Shown: one piece after another, positions 11,124-23,890 of the stretch
Position numbering within the stretch: position 1 is the stretch's first letter
Layout: every line of letters begins with the position of its first letter
DNA from: Hamiltosporidium tvaerminnensis FI-OER-3-3
Taxonomy: Eukaryota > Fungi > Microsporidia
Length of the DNA: 64,000 nt
Direction of reading: 5' to 3'
Assembly (NCBI GenBank): GCA_022605425.2
Contig: JAKIMF020000007.1
Coordinates: forward strand, 1,116,001-1,180,000
Translations under genes and position numbers: made by a program
Notes under the pieces: model-generated
What the model was told of the DNA's origin: nothing
Seen by the model: only the letters and a program-made list of their open reading frames with translations
Databases searched by the model: none

Positions 11124-14100
11124 CTTTCTGTTATATATATGTATACATATATAATAGAATACCATGGTGAGAATTATAATTATAAATTTTGTTGAGATTT
11201 TACCAGTTCTGTTAGATTTTTAAATGGTCTTTTAATAAAAATAATTTTATAAAATAAACGCAAAATTCTATGGTAACTTTTGGAAAATAGTCAATGGTAT
11301 GGTATTCTTATATCAGAGTAGATTAAAATCATTGTTTTTTTAATCAAATAATGTTAAATTTTTAAACAAAATTACAAACAGATACTTGATTAAACCTGCC
11401 AAATCAAAATTGTAAAATTATCAGCAAATAGACTTTCGACATTGGTACACTTTTAATTTGCATTTCATGCCAACTTTCCTTTTTGATTCACGAAGGTCGA
11501 TTCCATGTAAAATATTATCAGATGCATCTATATCACGAATTAACTCTATATTAAATTATATACAACATAAATCATATAATAAATTCAACTTTTGCCATGA
11601 AAATGATCAATCATTTTCATGGCAAAAGACAAGAGCCTAATATGATAAAATTATTATAAAGCCGTTTTTTAACTATCTTCGAATCTATTTCATAATCATT
11701 ACTCATGCAACAAACAGAAAAAATTGTTCTTTAGTAACTATAAAATGATAATTTGGATTAATTTTATACATCCAAATTCATTTATTCTGCTCAATTTTTC
11801 TTTCAATCTTTTCAACACTCCTTACATGTTTTTCTATTTCTTTTTAGGTGCTTAATTTGAAACTGCAAATATCCAGAAATAGAAATATGTAATTATTATG
11901 AATTAAAAATAATAAAAATCCTAGTAAATACTTATTTTAGATCCAACGCTCTATGTTAAGGAATAAACCATCAATTCTTAGTTTTTTTTTTCAAGATTAC
12001 TTAGATCATTCATGATTATGATACTTTTCAAATATATTTTGAAATGAATTTTAGCCTTCTGCTCGGTTCCGTTAAAATGGTATTGAGGCCGTTTCTTGTA
12101 GAAAATATTCGAATATATTTATGAAAACATTCAACCGTTAGCTTTCTTAGTCTCGTAGTGGTTATTGAAACATCTTAAACACAACCATATCACTCGAATT
12201 GATTTATAACTGGAGGAAGCTTAAATCCTTATCTCCATTAGAGAAAGACACATATTTATCATAAGTTCCTTGGAACATAAAAAAATATCAATTTGATTTT
12301 ATAACTTACACCCAATATTTACTCAATTAAAGTAGAGGCTTTTCAATGCTTAAATTTGTGCTATCTGAATAATCTGTATTCAGAGCCTGAATAATATTCT
12401 CGGTAGATAGAAAGTTATTAATTGTTAACATCATCTATGCCTTATCATTATCAAATCAATCCAACTGCTTTTTTTAATTATTTAATCTCCCTTGCGATAT
12501 AATCCAGCACAATATTCTTATACTATTGACTAAATTTTTTCATGGATGGTTCTCATATTTGTTAAATTTCCAACTAATTCTTTGCTCGCACCGCTCAAAG
12601 ATCCTGATTTTGTAAATATTTTTTGTTCGATAAGCAAAAAAATATCATAATAGATAGATATATATTTTAATTATTCTTTTCATATTCAGTGCTAGTGTCT
12701 GTCAATAGAATATTGGCGCATTCTTGAAATGAATGAACCACAAGAGCGATCGAAACCTTGTTACATTTTTTTTCGTAATATTACGTCAAATACCTGCATA
12801 GATTATTCGTTTTGAAGATGTAAATTCATATATAGCACCTCGTATATTCCAATACCCAACATATATATGAGAACAAATTATAACTATTTCATTTGAAAAT
12901 TTGCATTATTGCTTTGAATTGCAGATTGCACTTTTAGTTCGAATACGTTGATAACATCGTTACTTATTACAAGTACCATATATTTTCTTATGAGACAAAT
13001 TAAATTACTCATTAGAGATATTTCTGAAAAATTTATGAGAAAAAATCAGTATGTTTTGCCTGATTATATTTGCTTATTACCTTTCAGTTAATATTTTCAG
13101 TATCATGTTTTTTTACCATTTGATTATAAATTTCCGCGTGTGTAGCTATCCTTTCTGATTAAGATTCAGATTGAAGATTGAAATTTCCAGCTTTTAAATG
13201 TTTTTGAAGACTTTTAATTTCAATTTCTTATTGTCTGCACATAAAAATACAGAATTCGCTCCATAAAAACAAATAGGTTTTTTCCTCGAAATAGATACAT
13301 TATAAAAAGCAGCACGAAGATGGTAAGAAGATTTTACGAATCTAAATCAATATCTCAAAAATAGTTTTTTATATATCTAATTTTCTAATAGAATGAGCAA
13401 TAATTGTGAAATGTGTTTGACAACAATTCAACTTTTTTGAAAAAAAGCTCTATTTATACATAGGGATAATATATTAAGCATTATATTTGTTTTGTATTAT
13501 CTGATCAGAAATACTTGAACGAAACTGTAGAATAACTATAAACAGCCTATAGAATATTTTCGATATATGTACGTTCTATTATAATAGACATACCAGGTAA
13601 TAGATAAGCATTTCTACTGCTTTCATTATTTTTACGGACTCATAATGCGCTTATTAAGATAAAATATTCAATTTTTATGGATTAAAAAACAACTAATTTT
13701 AGGCAAAGTTATAAGTTTAAAATATATTTATTTGCATCCAAGCTTTCAAATCATTAAATATCAAAGATATCTTTCAATATGACTTAGATTAATCTTAAAT
13801 AAAAACGTTGGTATGACGGGTTTACTATGAGATTTCGTAGAAATGATATTATATTACAAAAAGTCTTCTAATTATAGAGGTATTAAATAGCATTTTATAT
13901 ATCTTTGTGTAACAAATTTGAAAACATAATAAAACATTCAAATATTTAATAATCCTCAAACAATGAAAGTATTTCTTTGTTGCACAAAAAAATGGCAAAA
14001 TTCGAAACTGCATAGTCAATTAATTTTCAGACCAAAAACATTTAAGATTACAAAATTTAAATTCTTAAACTATGTAATAAAAAATATTATATAATTAGGC

Positions 14101-15170
14101 AAAATATTTTTTAAAGGTATCCGACGTAGTGCAGCATGTAATAACCGAGAGTTTCCAAGCCACGACACGTGGTAACGTATTAGGTGTTACATGTATCTGG
14201 TCACCCTGATTTTTTTTACAGAGAATTTTTTTTCAAATAAGTTTATAAGATAAAAAAATCTAAATAAATTATACAAAGAAAATTACATTTATATTTAGTG
14301 TTTAATGTGTTAGAACGTTCTTTATTTTTGGGTTTTCCCTGCCTCTTCGTGCTGAGGATATACAAATAAAACACCAATATATTGTTGCTGTTAAATGTCT
14401 TAGAATTTCCTAATTCAATTCCTTTTTCACAAACATCAGAATTAAAATAATCTTACCATTTCACCTTTATAAATTACTCTGTTTTCCTTTTCGATCTTCC
14501 CCTATTTTATGCAGCATAGGTCATAGTTAGAATTCAATGCGGTCATTGATCTAGAGATATTTCTTGTTTTCATTTTGTTTCTTTTGATCTGGTGAATTTA
14601 AGAGAATAGGGAATTTGCCCGAAGATTTAATTATGTCTATATCACACTAAAATATCAACTTTGTTTTTCACACATATTCCACACATCATTGCTAAGCAGA
14701 TAGTTTTTAATGCGGTTATCTTCCCTACAATTATCTTTTTATAAAGTAAAAAAGGAATATATATGATTAAAATGAAAACATACTGTACAAATGAATATAA
14801 AATATAAAAAAAATCATTTTTTACATTTTTATGATACTTGAATGTTTTCTATTAAAAAAGTGTGAAAATATGATACTTTAGTTGATTTTAAATTACATGG
14901 TTTATTATAAATAGTTGTGGGAAATACATAAACAATATATTTAATTCTTAATTTCAATTTTTTTGTGGTTTGGAGATTTTTTGCACTTAAAATAAAAAAT
15001 GTGGTTTTTTTATTTCGTTTTTTTTTCAAATCATATTATTAAACTGATAAATTGGAAGATTTAAGAACGTCTCAATTAATTTAATTCTTCTATTTTTTTA
15101 TTGGACAGAATAATTTTCGATAAAATGATTGGATGCTTACAATAATATAAATTTAAATGATAATATCCCC

Positions 15171-16830
15171 ATGATATTATATATACAATTGTTTTTTGTT
15201 TCGTTTGGGTTTTCTTATGATGCAATCTTAGTTGATCCATTTGCTGTCGAATGAAGATTTTGTATCAATTCCTTACAATGCAGAAAATAATGAAAGTATT
15301 AGAAATATATTAAAAAAATTTGATGTTAAAGATTCACCGAACTATTTCGATAAGTTAATTCCTATTATTGAAATTTACACGAAGAATATTTATTTATATT
15401 TTAACAAAGATATGTACGAGTTTATAATGCATTATGTTTGTATCATTTGTTATATTAAATATTATTATGAGTCCAAACGATCAGAACAAAAAACCAAAAA
15501 AATCGAGCTTAACATTGAACTACTTTTTAATCTAATATCAACTTTTAAACTTTATTGGTTGTGCAAGACAGAAAAAAAATTCAACGAAGGGCTTGTTTAT
15601 GTAGAAGGAGGATTAATAGATAAGGTGATTAATATGAGAATTTATCCAGGGTATGAAGATCTCATGTCTATTGACAAAATGAAACAGGATTATCCTCTGG
15701 TTTTCAATCGAACAACAAAATTAGAAAATTTCGAGTTTATACTTCAAGAAAGTAATTTGGAGCATTGTAGTTTTAAATTTTCTTCTTCAGAACTAAAAGA
15801 TAAAAATCTTCAATATTATATTTCGAAAAGTTCATTTGAAAGATTATTTACATTTATTTTTGCAATCAAATATTTTTATATTTTTTATAAGAATTTAGAC
15901 ACAATAAGCAGACCTATTTTAAATTACCGAATCTTTTTAAACAAAAAGTTTTTAGGTTTTTTTGATAGTATATCACTCTGGTTTCCGCAAAATTTGATGT
16001 CAGAGTTTGACCTAGATGATTATAAACATCTCTATCGTAGTATATTTGAAGAAACATTAAAGAGTGTGTCTAGAGAGAGTAATTCAATAGACAAAATATT
16101 CGAGCTGGAAAAATCTAGAAATCAATATATGAATTATACAAAAGATTATTCATTTCCAAAATACCTATTTGATTTATTTATGTCCGAAAATGATTTACAA
16201 AGTATAATTTCAATTTATAATTTTTTGAAAGAAATCCTAAAAAAAGAATATTACTCATTTATCTCAACAGTATTATTATTAAAATCATCTTGTTTAATTG
16301 AAAAAAATATGATTCAAGAAAGATTCCTTAGAGTTATATTTGAAATCATATTTTTTGTCGATATTATAGAAAAAAACTATTCTGAAAATGATTTCGAGCG
16401 CAAAATAACTTCTGAAATTTTAGAGATAAATGCCAGAATTGAAAATATTTTAAAGAAAAACAAAAAAGAATTTATTTTAGATGACAGAGGAAATTTTTTT
16501 GTCCAAAATGAAGTTTTGAAAGTATCTTTAAGCCTAAAAATAATGCTTCAATCAATATTTTATCTGAGTAATTCCAAAAAGAAGTTGTTATATTCAAAAG
16601 TAGAAGAAAAACTGAAGAATAGAAAAATAAGTTATAATACATCGGAAATATTTCGAACCTATTTCTTGTTTTTAGTGGCAGAAGAATTAAATTTAAAGAT
16701 CCCTGATGATGAAACTCGTTCTGCATCGAAAAAAGAAAAGTCTAACATAAAGAAAATTTTAACTTTCGGTGTAGTTGTTACACTTCTTGTGATTATTGTT
16801 ATTTCGGTACATTTTTTATTGAAAAAATAA
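15171..16830 (+). CDS. Orphan protein with a signal peptide and C-terminal transmembrane anchor; 5' end is out of frame with the main ORF (15232-16830)
   Basis: CCCC-ATG at 15171 encodes MILYIQLFF. The main 532-aa ORF is in the +1 frame and starts at TTG. C-terminal TM segment ILTFGVVVTLLVIIVISVHFLL-KK. Confidence 0.75.
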
Positions 16831-16880
16831 AGGTATATTCAAGATTTATTTTTATTTTTTTTTTCTATAAATAAATGTCT

Positions 16881-17020
16881 ATATTTGTCATAAAAAAATT
16901 AAATATTAAAATCTAATTTGTAAATATAGTTTTTAGTTCTCTATTGGAATATTTGTCATAGAAAAATTAAATATTAAAATCTAATTCGTAAATATAGTTT
17001 TTAGTTCTCTTTTGGAATAT
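16881..17020. repeat. 68-bp tandem duplication
   Basis: atatttgtcata.aaaaattaaatattaaaatctaatt.gtaaatatagtttttagttctct.ttgga occurs at 16881 and 16949. Confidence 0.9.
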
Positions 17021-20000
17021 TATACACAGCTTGAAATTATAGTGATAAAAAGTCTTTACGCATTATCGGTATATTATATTTACTCAAGATGACTTTTTTT
17101 AATTTATTTCATATTATATTATGTCCGGCATGTCAAAAAATAAAAAAAGTTCTAAGAAAATGTTATTATCCCAAACTTACACATATGTTCATGTTTAAAA
17201 CTAAGATTTCCACCGTTCCAATTTGTTCTCATATTTTGATGCATGGTTTTAGAAAAAGTTCTTAGTAAAAATTTACATAAATTTTCACGTTATTTTATTC
17301 TGTCTTCACTCTCTTATATTCTCCCTGTTTTTCCTAATTGTAATTCCTTGTTAAATTGGGTAAGAGCCTTTTACAGTAAAAAAACCTTTTTTTATATTTC
17401 CTTTAATTTAAAGTATGAATAGAAACTTAGGTCTTATGTCCTTTATTTTTTAATTTTTTTCATTTCCATTTTTTAGGGCCTTTTAATTGATTTCAATATG
17501 ATAAATTAACTAAAATTATTCTTTTTACTTTATTAAATTTTTATTTGCGTTTAAAATCATCTTGTTGATTTTAAACTTTAATTCTCACACAATATTTAAT
17601 CTCCACCAAAAAAAAGTATCAATAAGAATTTTTTTTAGACCCATCTGATTAAGCATATGTGATGATCAGTTGAATTTTACTTTTAGCCAAGTTAAATTTA
17701 AAAGGCAAGAGAACAAAATAGGTATTGTGGTTTCAAAATCCGACGAATATTATCAGGGTTGTATTTCATTCATCGGGTATAAATCTTATCTAATATGTTC
17801 TTGATGAATTCAAATATATTTTCCCTTAATATGTCACCTTGCCATTTCATAGGTTCATCTGAAATAATTCTCTCTCGTAACGCTATGATTTATATATTCC
17901 ATAATCGCAGTTATTGTTTTTTCGAGAGTTAGATCACTAAAGGTTACAACATTCTATCTAGTTTCAATGTTATTCTTCGCCAATTGTAAGAAATTCTTCT
18001 CTGTCTGATTTATTTTTTTTCAATGCTGTTTAGAAAGCTCTAAAATAGTTTGACTAAATTATTAAGATTTGTTTAAAATCTGGTAAAATCATACCTTCCT
18101 TTCCTTCTTGCATACATTTTTGGATACAAAGACTGGGTTCATTTCCAACTAATCATACATTAGTAGTTATTCTTGCGTTCTGGTATTCCCTCGAATTCGT
18201 TAAGCCTTCGGATCTCCTTCACTACCCCCTTAAAATGAGTTTGCATTAGTTCTTGCCGTAAGAACTTTTATTTTATAATAAAAGTTTCAGGTTTTACCGT
18301 TTAAATTCTACTTCATTTCGTTTTTTTACTAAAATCTTGACACCCGTAATCGAGCCAAGAATATTTTTCTTACGCTTTTTAACACTAACACCTTTCTACA
18401 GTTTGTCTGGTGTCGTTTGTTTATCTTAGTCTTGATATCATTTATTGCTGCTGTTGTACTAAACTTGTTGATGTTTCAGTATTCAGTCGAAGTTCTTGCA
18501 TATTTTTCTTTAAAGCCATATCGTTCAAAATGTCAGTATTATATTTCTCAAATGTATATCTTAGAGGCTATGAAATTTTTAAACGCAGCCCAATACTTCA
18601 TCCTAATTATAAAGTAATCTAAATCTATATCATCGAATCAGAAGCTTAAAAAAACCATGACAATTGATAGATGTCTCGAATAGATAAGCGCATGATCGAT
18701 TTGATTGAATGTCATTCTATATTGTTCTCTCCACGTGAATTTATATATTATTTTATAGAAGAGATGAAAACTTGAAATCAACTTGCGTTTACCCGTTTCT
18801 TAACAAATTACTCGATTCGATTGTTAGTGATTTCAGAATCCAAAATTTTTTTTTCAATGTTGGGCCTGGACCATATCTCCTTTCTCATATTGCATTAAAA
18901 ACACCCATAACAATTTTATTATCATTTCGAAAAATGTTTTCGTAAATGCATGTATCTTTTTTAAAATGCTTCTTTTATTTTATTTATAGTTTCTTCAGTA
19001 GAGGCTTGAACACATATCAATATCGTGCTAAAGAAGCTTTCGTTGATTATTATTGAACGTTCGTTACATATTGGGTTTGTATCCAGAAACGTTTAGCACC
19101 TAGAAAACAGTGTATTCCTTTTTTTTTCATCACGTTTGTTACTTTCCATTTGATTTTTTTTAAACCAAAAATATCCATTTTATATTTCCTTATTTTCTTG
19201 ATAGATTCGATAATGAACCTTATTAAAAAATGCTACACAACCTTCATGCTCCCATTTAAATTAAACATTTCTTATTAGTATTTTTTGATCGGTTTTTATA
19301 ATTACTTTTATTTGGGTCAGATTTCGTAGCAATATAGTTTCACTATATAAGAGTTTTATTACTCCTATACTCAACACATTTCCTTATTAGAGCTTAAGAC
19401 CGACAGATAAACTTTGATATATCTCTGAAGAAGTTTACAATTATATATTGCATCTCTTAATTTGGCTGTGGTAAACAAGCTCCATTATTTTTGTAGTGCA
19501 TCAATTTTAATTAATACTATTTTTTTTGTAAGTGCTAAAAACTTCCTATTGTGTTTCGTTTCAGAACATGTGCCGCATATTAAGGCTAAAAAAGTATTAG
19601 ATACTTTCCATTAATTTTGAAAAGTTCCTTGAATGATTTACTAAATTTGCATTTGTAAATCTAAAATCTGCAAGATTTTATTCATTCATTTTCACGGATT
19701 TTTGGCTGGTATGGCTCAAATTCGATATTACGCTCAAACATAGATAATTTTTGAAATTTTGGTACATTTTGAAAAATTGCGCCGTTTTTTCTCGTTTGTT
19801 CAGCATTGTTTTTTCGTGTTTTATGATATACTTTTTGCAAAAAAGACCGAAATAACGTATATATACAAAATATTCCTGACTGTATTGTTTTATTTGCAAT
19901 TTTTTTTGTTTTTAGTGGCTTGTTTCGGTATTTGTTGTCCATTACTTACGTTTTTGAGTAAAGCACTGCGGCTTATCTAAAAAGTATGAGTTTTGAATGT

Positions 20001-21499
20001 TCGTGATACGCTATGATAAGTTTCACGAAATTCAAGTATTTTATAGTATTTTGATTCCGCTTTTCGTGCAATCTATTTCATTTTAATAATGATTTTTTCA
20101 GCTAGAAAATTTTAAATCCATTTGAATCTAATTGTTATTCTAAACTGAATAAATATAAACTCTAAGTTGAGTAATTCAGTATAAACATAGAATGCTAACA
20201 TATAATATATTTTTGATTTAATTTGATTGTGAAATGTGTGTAAAAATTAAATGCAGTTTGAGATTGGTTCAAGTCTCCCTTTTTAAAAATTATACAAAAC
20301 AATTCAACATACGTTCATTCTTACTATGTAACCATGAAAGTCTGAAAATACTTTAGTTGATAAAACTATGGGAAAGCAATATAAAATAGACTTATGATTT
20401 TTCATCTAGATAATTATTTTTTAAGTTTTATGTCATTATAAAATGAATATTATTTGCGATTTCGTTATCGCAAACTCGTTTTTATTCCATGCAATATTAT
20501 TTTTATCTTCTATCATATTCATCAATCAAATATATAAATTTATGCATATTAAATGTGGAATGACATACCACCTCCCTCCTATGCCATCCATAACACCCTC
20601 GGGACTGAAATATCCTATAAAAAGCTTTCATATTTGAAATAACACATCTCTCCTTACGTTCTTCAATTTGTTTTTCGCCAAATTCAAATCTGCTAAAAAT
20701 TCTCATCCGAAAATCCTTGGATCTGCAATTAATATTTATTGCTTTTTTTGGCGGAAAAAAATCGTTCTGCAGAAAAAAAAATCTCTATACAATAACAACA
20801 AAATGAAATTGGCAAATTGATTAAAAAAATATAGAAAATTAAAGAATTTAGAAGAAACTTATTCAATTTCAATTTTATTTTCTTTATATCCATTTATCTA
20901 TTTCTTCACCTTTAGTTTTTTCTACCATTCCTCCTCCATTTATAATACTTATTCTATATATAAATAAAAATTTGAAAAACTAAGAGCTAATAAAATAGCA
21001 TTTAAGAAAACTTAAAAAGGCTTTAGAAAGATTTGGCTTTTTAACATGTAGTGTTGTACGATTTTACGCTAAATTATCTTATATTTAAGAGAAGATAATA
21101 AAGAAAGCTGGAAAGATAATATTATAAGATATTTTTTTACCGAATCTTCTTCAATCTGTTCTTAAAAACGTTTTATATATGGCTATATTCTTTATTTAGA
21201 ATTTTTATCCTATTATTCACTGGAATATCTACTACTATCTATTTTTCTTCAACAAAATATCCATCAAAAGCCTTTCTACTGTTAGATGTATTAGTATAAA
21301 ATATTTTTTCAATAAAACATAATATCCTAATTAAGTTTAAACGATTTGACTAGCTGTTTGCAATCTTTGATTTACTATAGGAGAAAAATGATTCATGACA
21401 CAATCATGCTGTTTATGATTATAATTGAAATCTAGGTTTCCGCTAATGTCCAAGCATTGCATTATATTCATTTTCTGATAACAAGTCATCAGTTTCAAA

Positions 21500-22000
21500 A
21501 TTTCGAAATTTTCAATTTGAATATTATATTTACTTTGACCATGAAACTGCATAAACGGAAAAGGTTTGTTGCACTATGAATAGTAAAGTTATACATATGA
21601 ATTTTAGACTCTAACACATCAAACCATCTTTCCTCTACATTTTTTGAAAGAGTTTTTCCAAACTATCTTTTTAACTTTTGATAAACTCTTTCCTATTGAG
21701 AATTGCGCAGGTGGATTTCTAGGTCTTCTGTGGATCATTCTTATATTTAGACATCTATGAAATATATTAAACAATTGCTTTGAAAATTCTTAACCATTAT
21801 CTACTTGAATTGATATAAGCACACCAAAATTCATAAATATATATCCTAACGAATTTTAATCGATTGAGCACCTTTATCAAACAATTTAAATGACCATAAA
21901 AATTAGTATATGTGTCTTTGACCTCTAAAATTCAAGAATATCTATCATTATATTCTAAATATCGCCCCAGATCCATGCAATTCATAATATTCTATCATAT
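21500..22000 (-). pseudogene. Decayed rve-type DDE integrase (Ginger2/KRBA2-like or LTR-element relic)
   Basis: The minus strand reads FGVLISIQVDNG*EFS (~21785-21828; cf. FGxPxxIQSDNGxEF) and then HRRPRNPPAQ (cf. HGRPRHPQSQG). It has stops and frameshifts, and the boundaries are approximate. Confidence 0.55.
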
Positions 22001-23632
22001 TTTTCGTTATTGTATTAATCTAGATGTCTTGAATGGTATTTAGACTATTATATCACAAATAAGCTTCACATTTTCTCACAAAAGACTTGATAATTCTTGA
22101 TTGAATAGCATTATATTTTTATGGATATCATACACATTTTATTCATTCCAGGATGACTCGAAGCAGACTCATCATTGAAAATTATTTAAATAATTCAAAT
22201 TCAAAAATAGCCTTCTTTTAAATCTAATCGGAATTTTTTAATGAATGAAGATTGTTAATTACAACAAAAAAAACTGCCTTTTTTCTAAAAATTCTTCTCT
22301 GTTCACTGTTAAGGTTATTTAAATAATTTTTAGAAGAGGTATATTCTATTATATTCACCTTTTCTAAAAGCGATTTAATTTCTAATACTTTCACCGTGAA
22401 GGTTGAAACTTAACTAAATTAAAAAATATTAAAAACATCTTAAATGATTTTAAATTAGATGGTTGTTTATATTTTACCATAGATACTTGTATAGCTCTAT
22501 AATTAAAAGCAGTTTTTTGTTACTAAATTTTTAAGTAATTTTAGAGGATGTCTTTTGGCATACCGTAAAGGATGGTTTTTTGTATAAATTAAAAGGGGTC
22601 GTATAAGATGAACAAAAAATTTTCGTCTTTGAAATTCTATTAAGAGAAGGTATAAAGGGCAAAAGAAAACTATTAGAACAAATATATTTTCTTTAATATT
22701 ATCTGATATTTTATTTGTTCCTGTTTCTAGTTCTTTTTACGATAATTTTAAACCAATTTAGATTTTTATAATAAATTAAAAGGAGTCTCGGTCGTAGGGC
22801 ATACAACATTAATTATCAATGAAGAAGTATTGTCAGTACTTTGGCATAAAATCTAATAAGTTGTTAATCCGCGAGAATTTTTTTAGAAGTAATTTGGCCT
22901 GCGAGATAAAAGTTTGACGACTTTTGATATAAAGATTCAATATCGAGCTATTTCATTAAGAATTTATGAAAATTTATTCACAGGGCTTAAACTGAAGATA
23001 TAATAAAGACATGCATAGCAAATCTATCTTGAAACCGTATGTTATATGCTTACGTAGCAACCAAAAAATACAATAAGCTGACTGCATAAGATTGTAGTTT
23101 ATATTTCCTGGTGTTTATTTACATGAAAATAATAACATATCAGTATAAAATCGAATTTTTAGGGTGTTTTAATTTAAAATATTTACTCACAATTTTTATA
23201 AATAAAATATTTTTTATTTGTTTTAAACTTTTAGTTCATTTAAAAACTTCAAATAAGATTTTTTTAAATATAATCAAAAAAAAATATATTTTTTATTTAA
23301 AAAATTTAGAATATACTTTGTAATACTCAGAAAATATCTCTATTATACTTTAGTTTTGAAAGTATATCTTCAAAAAAAATCCAAGCTGTATTTTTTGCAA
23401 AGCTTAAATATTTTGAAATTTCTTTTTAAATTAAATTCATTTACTTCAAGATAAATTTTATTTACATATTAAATATAAGATTCAGAATTTCAATTTGCAA
23501 TTTTAGATTGTTACAAAATGATTTCTCAAAAAGAATTATTATTTTTTTTCTTAATAGAAACTTAAATTATTTTATTTTTGCGTTTTAATTTAAAATTTAA
23601 ACTTATTTATAGAAGAAGATCTTGTTTAAAAA

Positions 23633-23890
23633 ATGATTTTTAGATTCAGCGTGTTATTCATTGCAACTTATGCTTATCCTATGGATTTAATTTCAATACC
23701 TCATATATATCGTAATATGCAAACCGTAAAAAGTCATCCCGTATTAAATGAAAACATTAACATAAATAACGACCGAACCAATGAGCTGTTTCACCCAAAT
23801 TCTATTGAGAAAATAGTTTTCGAAGTTAAAGATTTTAATTTTATAAAAAATACAAGAAATACAAGCAATAGGAAATTTAGAATAACATGA
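23633..23890 (+). CDS. Short putative secreted protein or truncated gene
   Basis: N-terminus MIFRFSVLFIATYAYP is signal-peptide-like, follows an AT-rich upstream region, and leads into a hydrophilic Asn-rich body. Confidence 0.4.
   Translation: MIFRFSVLFIATYAYPMDLISIPHIYRNMQTVKSHPVLNENININNDRTNELFHPNSIEKIVFEVKDFNFIKNTRNTSNRKFRIT

Noticed and set aside
17100-20700. Short ORFs and possible decayed LTR/TE sequence
   Set aside because: No motif set could be recovered with confidence. ORFs of 60-90 aa without start context are expected by chance.
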